Source: a virus. From it: a DNA stretch of 64,000 bases. The first letter of the stretch is position 1. Every line of letters begins with the position of its first letter. Both the position numbers and the translations under genes were made by a program. The notes beneath the pieces are model-generated. The model was not told the origin of the DNA and did no database searches. It was given only the letters and a program-made list of their open reading frames with translations. Shown here piece by piece: positions 34,875 through 42,797 of this stretch. Location of the stretch: the IMG/VR virus record IMGVR_UViG_3300022188_000007, positions 1 to 64,000 of that record; one strand, written 5' to 3'.

Positions 34875-34902
34875 TTGACAAAGACATAAACATGCATATA
34901 TT
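34875..34902 (+). promoter_or_regulatory. Sigma70-type promoter
   Basis: TTGACA-N16-TATATT. Confidence 0.7.
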
Positions 34903-34962
34903 ATATACATGTGGGGGAGAACTCCCGAGATATTAATTAAGAAAAAAAAGGATTTAAGAATT

Positions 34963-35544
34963 ATGGTACCATACGTTATTGAAGCAGGTAAGAATGATCA
35001 GGAAAAAGTATATGACATTTATTCAAGACTTTTGAAAGATAGAATTATTTTTATTAGGGGAGAGTTCGACCATGACCTAGCCGACGCTGTAACTGCACAA
35101 CTCTTATTCCTAGAGTCAGCTGATCCAGATAAAGACATCTTCATGTACATAAACAGTCCTGGAGGAGTGATAGATTCCATGTATAGTATTTATGATACGA
35201 TGAATTACATCAAACCCGATGTATGCACACTTGCTTATGGGCAGGCTTGTTCAGCCGGCTCTTTTATTTTAGCAGCAGGTGCTAAAGGAAAAAGATTTGC
35301 TTTACCTAACTGTAACATTATGATCCATGAGCTATCTGGTGGGAACCAAGGTAAGTTCCACGACATGGAAAATAGTTTTAATAAGACAAAAAATTTATAT
35401 GAAAAAATGGCTAAACATTATGTAGAATTTACTGGGCAGAAACTAGCTAAGGTTAAGAAAGATATGAAAAGAGATCACTACATAAGTTCAGAGGAAGCAG
35501 TAAAATACGGACTGATTGATAAGGTCCAGCATACAAGAGGCTAA
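34963..35544 (+). CDS. clpP: ATP-dependent Clp protease proteolytic subunit
   Basis: MVPYVIE..YDIYSRLLKDRIIF..AQLLFLE..YINSPGG..GQACSAG (Ser), IMIHE (His), RDHY (Asp). Confidence 0.95.
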   Translation: MVPYVIEAGKNDQEKVYDIYSRLLKDRIIFIRGEFDHDLADAVTAQLLFLESADPDKDIFMYINSPGGVIDSMYSIYDTMNYIKPDVCTLAYGQACSAGSFILAAGAKGKRFALPNCNIMIHELSGGNQGKFHDMENSFNKTKNLYEKMAKHYVEFTGQKLAKVKKDMKRDHYISSEEAVKYGLIDKVQHTRG

Positions 35545-35545
35545 A

Positions 35546-36178
35546 ATGATTGCATACAACAAAGTATATGAAAAGAAGGATGGCCGGAAGCTAGTAGCTA
35601 CCGGCCCTAGAAGTAATCAGACTAGACAAAAACAGCAGGAAGAAGTTCCTGTTGTTGTGGGTACTTCAGTTATAGAGGCATTAAAAGATGAGCTCAAAAG
35701 TATCACATCTACCATTACCAATAGGTCTAATTCTGACGGTTACACTAAAGATCAAGTAGATGAAATGGTTAATACTGCTATAGAGGAGGTATCTGTAGAG
35801 CTAGAAAAGAAATATATCTTTGAGATAAATACTTTAAAGCAATCATTAAAAGATAGTACCATAAGGATATCAGAACTTACGGCTGTCAATACAGGTCTAC
35901 AAGAAAGAGTAGATAAGAAAGATGATGTGATACTAGAATTAACTAATAAATTAAGTAATTCACCCTCAGTTATTGTGGCTACAGAGAATATGTCATACAC
36001 TCCCGAAGACTCCGACAGGCCTGCTATAGATAATATAGTCATAGACCCTACTGAACGAGGTGCTGGAGATAAGATGGAGTCACATCTTACCGTTAAAGAG
36101 GTTAAATCTCAAAAACCTAAATTATCATCTAATATAGGTAAATTAAAAGAGTTAATGGGTGGGTTACCTAAACTTTAA
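35546..36178 (+). CDS. Coiled-coil hypothetical protein (candidate partner of the actin-like protein)
   Basis: Central heptad region; EDSDRPAIDNIVID motif resembles the N-terminal extension of the next gene. Confidence 0.6.
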   Translation: MIAYNKVYEKKDGRKLVATGPRSNQTRQKQQEEVPVVVGTSVIEALKDELKSITSTITNRSNSDGYTKDQVDEMVNTAIEEVSVELEKKYIFEINTLKQSLKDSTIRISELTAVNTGLQERVDKKDDVILELTNKLSNSPSVIVATENMSYTPEDSDRPAIDNIVIDPTERGAGDKMESHLTVKEVKSQKPKLSSNIGKLKELMGGLPKL

Positions 36179-36190
36179 TGAGGGGGAGTT

Positions 36191-37363
36191 ATGAATGCAA
36201 AGAATTTTAATAAAACTAAGGGTCCACAAGAGCGTGTACCGAAAATTAAAAATAAGCATGCAAGTGCTGGAGACGAGGAAGTTATGGTAGAAGATACAAC
36301 AAGACCGGCAATAGAAGAGCCCGTAATTGAGCAGGTAATTGAGGAAACGCCTTTAGTGGAGGGAGATCCAGGGCATAAGGGTTTAGATATCGGAACTAAT
36401 ATGTTAGTAGTGGGGAGTATGGATTCAGCAGGGGACGCGTCCTTTAAAATGCAGCGAGATGCTTTTTATAGAATAGAGCCTAAGTCTGAAGTTAATAAAA
36501 ATAGTATTAGAATGTCTTTAGATAAAAGGAAAGCTAGTTATATAATTGATGATGATGAATCGTTTATAGTAGTAGGAGAGGATGCCCTAGAAATAGCAAT
36601 TGAACGACACGACAAAGCTGAACGACCTTTACAGAGAGGGGTAATTTCTCCTCAAAATAAGAAATCATTACCTATGTTGAAATACATTATTAAAGATTTA
36701 CTAGGTCCAGCAAAACCAGGAGCTAAAGTAGTTTATTCAGTACCAGCAGCTCCTACTGATACTAATTTTGATATCGTATATCATACTGAGATTATGGGTA
36801 TGTATTTGAAAGAGTTAGGTTATTCCTCCTCGCCTATAAATGAGTCTTTTGCTATAGCTTTATCAGAACTACTCGATGAAGGACTTACAGGCGTCTGCTT
36901 GTCTTATGGGGCAGGCATGACTAATTGTGTAGTCATCCATCAAGGAGATCCTTTAGTGGAGTTTAGTTTAACTCGGTCCGGAGATTACATTGATCAATCC
37001 GTAGGGAGAGCGCTTGATATTTCACCCAGTCTGGTACAACAGGAGAAGGAAGCTGGTATAGACCTTAATAAACCTGAAGGTGAAATAGCAGAGGCTATAT
37101 CTGTATATTACAGTGCGGTAATTAAATATACATTAGAAAATATAGCATATGAGCTGAGTAAACGAAAGAAAGATTTACCTATTTTTAGGGAAGAAGTCCC
37201 GCTAGTTGTAGCTGGTGGTTTGACTTTAGCTAATGGTTTTGTACCTAAGGTACAGGAGACCATCATTGGTTTAGATTTTCCATTAAAAATTGGGACAGTA
37301 AGAAGAGCCGCTGAACCCATGACAACTGTTGCGCATGGGTGTCTACTAGCTTCTCATTTATAG
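36191..37363 (+). CDS. Actin-fold ATPase, volactin-like
   Basis: KGLDIGT (phosphate 1), SYGAGMTN (phosphate 2), VVAGG (adenosine); QRDAF, VVGEDAL, YSVPAAP.D..YH, PINE and EP..VA.G.L match the volactin-type family as recalled. Confidence 0.8.
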   Translation: MNAKNFNKTKGPQERVPKIKNKHASAGDEEVMVEDTTRPAIEEPVIEQVIEETPLVEGDPGHKGLDIGTNMLVVGSMDSAGDASFKMQRDAFYRIEPKSEVNKNSIRMSLDKRKASYIIDDDESFIVVGEDALEIAIERHDKAERPLQRGVISPQNKKSLPMLKYIIKDLLGPAKPGAKVVYSVPAAPTDTNFDIVYHTEIMGMYLKELGYSSSPINESFAIALSELLDEGLTGVCLSYGAGMTNCVVIHQGDPLVEFSLTRSGDYIDQSVGRALDISPSLVQQEKEAGIDLNKPEGEIAEAISVYYSAVIKYTLENIAYELSKRKKDLPIFREEVPLVVAGGLTLANGFVPKVQETIIGLDFPLKIGTVRRAAEPMTTVAHGCLLASHL

Positions 37364-37372
37364 TGTTGTAAT

Positions 37373-37396
37373 TAAGTAACCTGTTTACGTATAAGG
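37373..37396 (+). promoter_or_regulatory. Phage-specific upstream motif, copy 9, before the endolysin
   Basis: TAAGTAACCT-gtt-TACGTATAAGG. Confidence 0.6.
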
Positions 37397-37410
37397 AGAT
37401 ATATAAAAAA

Positions 37411-37806
37411 ATGCCAGCATTTGGAAGAAGATCGCAAGAGAATTTAAGTACAGCTCACCCAGATCTACAGAGATTATTTATTGAGGTAGTTAAACACTTT
37501 GATTGTAGTGTGCTTTGTGGTCATAGAGGTAAAGAAGCTCAGAATGAAGCTTATCACTCAGGTAGGTCTGGGGTAAAGTGGCCTAATGGTGGACATAACA
37601 GTAAGCCATCTTATGCGGTGGATGTAGCCCCTTATATCATAGACTGGGAAGATATAAAAAGGTTTTACATGTTTGTAGGATTCGTTAGAGGCATCGCAGC
37701 CTCTATGAATATAAATATCAGGTGCGGTGCTGACTGGGATGGCGACACTCAAGTCAAGGATCAGAATTTTCACGATCTACCACACTTTGAATTAATTAAA
37801 AATTAG
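37411..37806 (+). CDS. Endolysin, M15 family L-Ala-D-Glu endopeptidase
   Basis: HPDL..GHR..Q..H....AVD..GADWD..DLPHFEL. Confidence 0.9.
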   Translation: MPAFGRRSQENLSTAHPDLQRLFIEVVKHFDCSVLCGHRGKEAQNEAYHSGRSGVKWPNGGHNSKPSYAVDVAPYIIDWEDIKRFYMFVGFVRGIAASMNINIRCGADWDGDTQVKDQNFHDLPHFELIKN

Positions 37807-37821
37807 GAGGAAGTAAATTTA

Positions 37822-38037
37822 ATGGACAACAGAGTTGAAGGTATTGTAAAGTGGTTTAATGATTCTAGAGGTTACGGATTTGTTTATGAGGGTGAAGATT
37901 CACCTGAGGAATTTTTCGTACATTTTAGTGCAATTGAAATGGATGGCTTTAAGACCCTTAAAGAAGGTCAGAAGGTGTCATACACTTTAGTTAAAACAGC
38001 AAAAGGCGTGCAAGCCGCCGATGTAAAGTTAATCTAA
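37822..38037 (+). CDS. csp: Cold-shock domain protein
   Basis: GIVKWFNDSRGYGF..FVHFSAI..GFKTL.EGQKV..KG.QA..V. Confidence 0.95.
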   Translation: MDNRVEGIVKWFNDSRGYGFVYEGEDSPEEFFVHFSAIEMDGFKTLKEGQKVSYTLVKTAKGVQAADVKLI

Positions 38038-38132
38038 GAGGTTAATCGAACATGATCATCTACCATAATGAAAATCTTACTGGTTTAAATAAAATAGGGG
38101 CTTTAACCAGTAGCCCGTTAAAGGAGAATAAA

Positions 38133-38870
38133 ATGGTATATAATAATCAATTTATAGTAGTAATTAAGCATAAAGGTAAAGTACTAAGGGAGTTTTCAGG
38201 TAACACAGTCAGACTTCCTTTTGGTTCAGACTATTCAATAGCACTGAAGAATAAAGATTCTTCAAGAAAAGCGCTAGTAGAAGTATTTATTGATGGTAAA
38301 GATGCATTAGATGGTAATAGTATTATAGTTGGGTCTAATCAGACTACCGAGCTAAGAGGATTTATGAAAGGGTCAACAGTTAGAAATAAATTTAGGTTTA
38401 TTGAGAAGACTGATGAGATTTCAAAGTATAGAGGAAACTTTATGGAAGATGGCCTAGTGGAGATAAAATATAGCTTTGAGGAACCCCAAACAATACAGTG
38501 GGCTTCTTTAGTTGAAGATAACACTCCAAGAGCGCGCGGTAGTTTTTATAGTGATACTACATTCACTAGTTTTTGTTCTCAGACTAATCAAGTAATTGGT
38601 TGTTCATCAAAGAGCATCAACGATAGTGGCATCACTGTTTCAGGCGCAGAGACTAAGCAAGACTTTCAGATAGGAGTTATAGGTGCAACCGGTTTTAAGT
38701 CATCTATAATTATTCATCTTAAAGGTGAGACTACGGCTACCCCAAAAACTAAAAGGAAAAGGGTAAAGAGACCTATTACTGTCAAGACTAAAATACGTTG
38801 CTCCACATGTGGTCGCCGCTGGAGAAGCAGTATGAAGTATTGTGGTAATTGTTCAACTTATTTGCACTAA
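38133..38870 (+). CDS. Conserved phage hypothetical protein with C-terminal zinc ribbon
   Basis: LPFGSDYSI.LKN..A.V.V.IDG..LRGF..FRF; CSTCG..YCGNC; AAGGAG RBS before ATG 38133. Confidence 0.7.
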   Translation: MVYNNQFIVVIKHKGKVLREFSGNTVRLPFGSDYSIALKNKDSSRKALVEVFIDGKDALDGNSIIVGSNQTTELRGFMKGSTVRNKFRFIEKTDEISKYRGNFMEDGLVEIKYSFEEPQTIQWASLVEDNTPRARGSFYSDTTFTSFCSQTNQVIGCSSKSINDSGITVSGAETKQDFQIGVIGATGFKSSIIIHLKGETTATPKTKRKRVKRPITVKTKIRCSTCGRRWRSSMKYCGNCSTYLH

Positions 38871-38885
38871 AATAAATTACGGTAG

Positions 38886-39281
38886 ATGATTATGTTTTTA
38901 CGACAAAAATTAGATAAAAGAAAAAATATAAAAAATAAAATAAAAGAATTAAAAAGGTGGCTACTAAACTCAGTACCTTCGGACGAATTAATCGCATTGT
39001 TATTAATACAATTAGATGAATTGCAGAATATTAATTTATTAATTGATAAAGTTAATCAACAGACATTAGTTACAATAGGCGGTACTCAGATTAACTTGAC
39101 TACTGCAGTAGAGATAAGAAATACAATTAAATCTAAGGTGGATTTGATAACTGCTTTAATAGCCACTAATACTAGTTTAGATATGACTAATCTTTTAGAA
39201 CAAAGAGATAATTTTATATCTGAATATAGTAGTATAGATGGGGTTATTAGAATAACTGATTGGAATATTAAACTGGATTAA
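38886..39281 (+). CDS. Helical hypothetical protein
   Basis: Coiled-coil pattern ending in W. Confidence 0.55.
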   Translation: MIMFLRQKLDKRKNIKNKIKELKRWLLNSVPSDELIALLLIQLDELQNINLLIDKVNQQTLVTIGGTQINLTTAVEIRNTIKSKVDLITALIATNTSLDMTNLLEQRDNFISEYSSIDGVIRITDWNIKLD

Positions 39282-39293
39282 AGGAAAAGAATT

Positions 39294-39872
39294 ATGGCAC
39301 TAATAGTAATAAGTGGTAAAGCTAGATCTGGTAAAGATACTTTAGGAGAAATTCTAAAAAATAAATTTAAAAATAATTATTTTACTATGGCTTATGCTAA
39401 TGAGTTAAAACGTAGATTACGTGAGGATTTTGATCTTTCAAGAGAACAACTATACGGTGAGTTGAAGGAAGTGCCGGATGAGCGTTATAGGAAAAACACT
39501 GATAGAGATGAAATAGTTTATTGGACTCCTAGGGAGATTATGCAGTTTATGGGCACTGAGGCTTTTAGGGCCATAGATGATAGTTTTTGGGTAAAACAAT
39601 TATTTAAATATATTAATAGAAATAATTTAAAAAATGTAATTATTACCGATGGTAGATTTCCTAGTGAAATTAACGCTGTTAAAGAACGCGGTGGTATCCA
39701 CATAAGAATAGAAAGAACACATGATTTGGAAGTACATGGAACTTCTCACGCTTCAGAGATTTCATTAGATAATTACACTGAGGCAGATTTTAATATACTT
39801 AATCACGGCACTATTGTAGATTTAGAAGCAATGGCCGAAACAATTATAAAGGAGATTGAAAATGGCAGATAG
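39294..39872 (+). CDS. Deoxynucleoside monophosphate kinase
   Basis: ISGKARSGKDT..YA..LK..TPREIMQ.MGTE..WV..IITDGRF.SE..H.SE. Confidence 0.9.
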   Translation: MALIVISGKARSGKDTLGEILKNKFKNNYFTMAYANELKRRLREDFDLSREQLYGELKEVPDERYRKNTDRDEIVYWTPREIMQFMGTEAFRAIDDSFWVKQLFKYINRNNLKNVIITDGRFPSEINAVKERGGIHIRIERTHDLEVHGTSHASEISLDNYTEADFNILNHGTIVDLEAMAETIIKEIENGR

Positions 39873-40269
39873 CGACTTCAACGTCATGATAGACGTTAAG
39901 ACAGTGAAAAATGTTAGTATTAGTAGGTATAGTGATGGATATAACTATGCAAACGTATCCTCTAAATTAGGGGACAACGAGTATATGAGTGTGCATTATG
40001 AATGGAAAGGTAAGCAGATTCCAGAGTTTGCTTTAAATGTAATGGAGATTATGAAATCCCTAGGTAAAGAGGAAGCCTCTAAAGATAATGACTATGCGGC
40101 CTCCCTTGAAAGGGCCGGCAATTTTTTCATTGAGCAGGCAGCAAAAGCTAAGGATGATAAGAAGAAGGACAAAAAGGATAAGAAGAAAGATAAGAAAGAT
40201 GATAAGGACACCGAAGAGAAAGACGATAAAGGATTCCCTTTCAATAAGAAAAAAAATAAAAAAAAATAA
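39862..40269 (+). CDS. Hypothetical protein with Lys/Asp low-complexity tail
   Basis: KDDKKKDKKDKKKDKKDDKD..GFPFNKKK; AAGGAG RBS. Confidence 0.65.
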   Translation: MADSDFNVMIDVKTVKNVSISRYSDGYNYANVSSKLGDNEYMSVHYEWKGKQIPEFALNVMEIMKSLGKEEASKDNDYAASLERAGNFFIEQAAKAKDDKKKDKKDKKKDKKDDKDTEEKDDKGFPFNKKKNKKK

Positions 40270-40289
40270 ATTAACTTAGGAGATATTAT

Positions 40290-40535
40290 ATGCCAATTAG
40301 TGAAGGTGAATTCAGAAACCCTCAGTTGAGTAGATATCAAGAAAGATATCCGATGACTTACAATAAGAATGAGCGTTACACTGCTACTATAGTTAATCCT
40401 AAGATTTTTCAGGGCAGATCTAATAGTATAGATGGTAGTGGTTGGAAGGTTCCAGGGTACAACCCAAACCACAACTCTATAGCTATTGAGCGAGTTAATT
40501 TAACTACGGAAGCCCCCTCATTTAGACCATATTAG
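40290..40535 (+). CDS. Hypothetical protein
   Basis: AGGAG RBS. Confidence 0.6.
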   Translation: MPISEGEFRNPQLSRYQERYPMTYNKNERYTATIVNPKIFQGRSNSIDGSGWKVPGYNPNHNSIAIERVNLTTEAPSFRPY

Positions 40536-40555
40536 AATTAAAGGAATTATGACTT

Positions 40556-41125
40556 ATGAATACAGAACAAAGATTAGAGGTGTTTAAAGCAGAATTAGCA
40601 GCTATTTCAGATAATAGGGTAAGAGAGTTTACTAAATTATGTTTGGCTGAAGGTCCAGACTATTTTTTTACTGATTGTCCTGCTAGTACTACCGGTAAAT
40701 ATCACCCGCTAAATGAGATTAGTTGGGATGGTACTATGATTCATACGAAGAAAGTTTTTAATATTGCTTATACTTTATCTAGAGGTTTGGGTATAGAATA
40801 TAATAGAGACCCAATACTATGTGCTTGTATAGTACATGACTTGGTAAAAAAAGGGTTAAAAGGTTCCCCATGGGCCCAAAAAAATCATCCTCAATTAGCT
40901 GCTGGTCTTGTAGACCAGATACAGAAGGATACCCAGTTATTAACGCAAGAGGAATTTGATATAGTGTATAATAGTATATATTATCATTATGGTCCATGGA
41001 CTACTAGAGCGGTATCAAAGCCCATGAGCGAGTATTCGTTAGAAGAATTGTGCTTATATGTTAGTGATTATGTGGCCTCTAAAAGATTTGTAGAGGTGCA
41101 GTATAAGGATGTAACCCATGAGTAG
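40556..41125 (+). CDS. HD-domain phosphohydrolase
   Basis: PASTTGKYHP..G...HT..ACIVHD..K..HP..HYGPW..SDY. Confidence 0.85.
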   Translation: MNTEQRLEVFKAELAAISDNRVREFTKLCLAEGPDYFFTDCPASTTGKYHPLNEISWDGTMIHTKKVFNIAYTLSRGLGIEYNRDPILCACIVHDLVKKGLKGSPWAQKNHPQLAAGLVDQIQKDTQLLTQEEFDIVYNSIYYHYGPWTTRAVSKPMSEYSLEELCLYVSDYVASKRFVEVQYKDVTHE

Positions 41126-41519
41126 TAGTACTAAATATTTAGATGACTTCTTGTTAGATGGTAAAGGCCAGATAACTAAAGATGTGATGGATACAATTAA
41201 AGATTATTGTGGTTTATTTGCGTTCATAATGACTATATGCAATGATACAGAATTATCGGAGCAAGCTAAGGTAGCATTAATCAGAAACATAATCGAGTCT
41301 TCTTTAAAATTTATGGATAGGCGCTACGCAGCTAATTTAAATTTATATAAAAAACAAGTTACTGAAAATTTAAAGTCTGGTAAGCTTTTTGAAGCCCTAT
41401 CTGAGATTCCTGCTAAAATGCAGGAAGATTATGAGATGGGTATAGAAGGGGCCCGCAATTTTATTTATACAGAAGTACGTGACATTTTAAAAATTTTAAA
41501 GATTGATTTAGAAATATAA
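41118..41519 (+). CDS. Hypothetical protein
   Basis: Overlapping ORF with AAGGA RBS. Confidence 0.6.
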   Translation: MSSSTKYLDDFLLDGKGQITKDVMDTIKDYCGLFAFIMTICNDTELSEQAKVALIRNIIESSLKFMDRRYAANLNLYKKQVTENLKSGKLFEALSEIPAKMQEDYEMGIEGARNFIYTEVRDILKILKIDLEI

Positions 41520-41531
41520 GAGGAGACGTTT

Positions 41532-41831
41532 ATGTCAATAGATAATCATTTTGGAAGTTTAGGTACTGGAGAATTACGACCAGGGGAAACACCTCGTAGA
41601 TGGGAACCTGAAAGTGGGGTAAATAAATTAAATCAAAGAATACACAAGGAGAGTAAGTTTGCCGATACTCATAAGAATTTACCTTTTTCCTTTAGGAAAC
41701 CACCTAAAGCTAAAGGTAGGTCCTCTTTAATTAAGTGCGATAATTGTGGTACAGTGACTTATGGCACTACCCTTACTGTAGGCATTATATGTAAGCAATG
41801 TAATAAATTTTCATCAGTGTCGGAGGTATAG
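41532..41831 (+). CDS. Zinc-ribbon hypothetical protein
   Basis: CDNCG..ICKQC. Confidence 0.65.
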   Translation: MSIDNHFGSLGTGELRPGETPRRWEPESGVNKLNQRIHKESKFADTHKNLPFSFRKPPKAKGRSSLIKCDNCGTVTYGTTLTVGIICKQCNKFSSVSEV

Positions 41832-41832
41832 T

Positions 41833-42270
41833 TTGAAAGTTAACACTGTTAAACAGGGTAGAAAAGGAAGGCCAATTGGTTTTAGGCTTAGTGAGGCCAG
41901 TAAACGTGCAATAAGTGAGGCCAAGAAAGGGCAAAGACATAAGGAAACAACTAAAAATAAAATATCTAGATCATTACAGAATTATTTTAGGAAGAAAAAT
42001 CCACTGTCTGAAGAAATAATTAATACCTATTGTAGAGTATCCGATGATGTTATGTGTGAATGGTTGTGTGAAGTCACCGAGGAGTTGGATAATAGTAGAG
42101 ATGTATTAACCCAGAGGGCTATGTTTAATAAACTCAGGATGGAGATCTCCTATGGGCATAATATAGAGGAGATTTTTAGTCACGCTATTACTCCAGAACT
42201 ACTTTTAATGGCCAAAGAAGCTTTACAATTAAAAGAAGGTAAAGATAATTTTGAGGAGGATTTAGAGTAA
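41833..42270 (+). CDS. NUMOD3-like DNA-binding protein
   Basis: GRP.G..LSEASKRAISEAKKG..H.ETTK.KIS. Confidence 0.6.
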   Translation: MKVNTVKQGRKGRPIGFRLSEASKRAISEAKKGQRHKETTKNKISRSLQNYFRKKNPLSEEIINTYCRVSDDVMCEWLCEVTEELDNSRDVLTQRAMFNKLRMEISYGHNIEEIFSHAITPELLLMAKEALQLKEGKDNFEEDLE

Positions 42271-42797
42271 TGGGTGGAACAGGGAGTGGAAAACCTAAAA
42301 AACCAGTCATCAAAAAATTAATAAAAGAAATTATACCTACAGACAAGATTTTTTCAAAAGATGAGGCTCAGATGTATGAAGACTATATGGAAGCCTACTT
42401 GGCAGATTTCGATGCAGACGAATTAATTTCTAGTGATATGGACGACATTATGAATTTGTCCCTTAATAAGGTATTATCTTTTAGACTGCTGAAGGAAAGT
42501 AAGGATGACACTGATCGTCAAATAGATATAGCAGCTACTTTAGAGAAACTAGATAAACGTAATGAGAAAATAAAGGAAAGTTTATCTACTAGAAGACGGG
42601 ATAGAATAAACCCTAACGAGTTAAAGGGATTTTCTATAGTAGACATAGCAGTAGCTTTTGATCAGGAAGCAAAAAATGTCCAAGCTAAACGTATGCTTAA
42701 GTTGAGAAAGGAAGAAAAAGAAATGTTGAAAAAAAGAGAGTCTTACGAGGGTAATAGAAATGATGTCGAAGAGAATAGAAGAGGTGAAGATGATTAA
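42270..42797 (+). CDS. Putative terminase small subunit
   Basis: Helical protein translationally coupled directly upstream of the large terminase. Confidence 0.5.
   Translation: MGGTGSGKPKKPVIKKLIKEIIPTDKIFSKDEAQMYEDYMEAYLADFDADELISSDMDDIMNLSLNKVLSFRLLKESKDDTDRQIDIAATLEKLDKRNEKIKESLSTRRRDRINPNELKGFSIVDIAVAFDQEAKNVQAKRMLKLRKEEKEMLKKRESYEGNRNDVEENRRGEDD

Noticed and set aside
28152-37363. Archaeal virus origin suggested by Pth2 and the volactin-like actin
   Set aside because: The peptidoglycan endolysin, sigma70 promoters, Shine-Dalgarno sites, ClpP, PilZ and PEP-CTERM all indicate a bacterial host.
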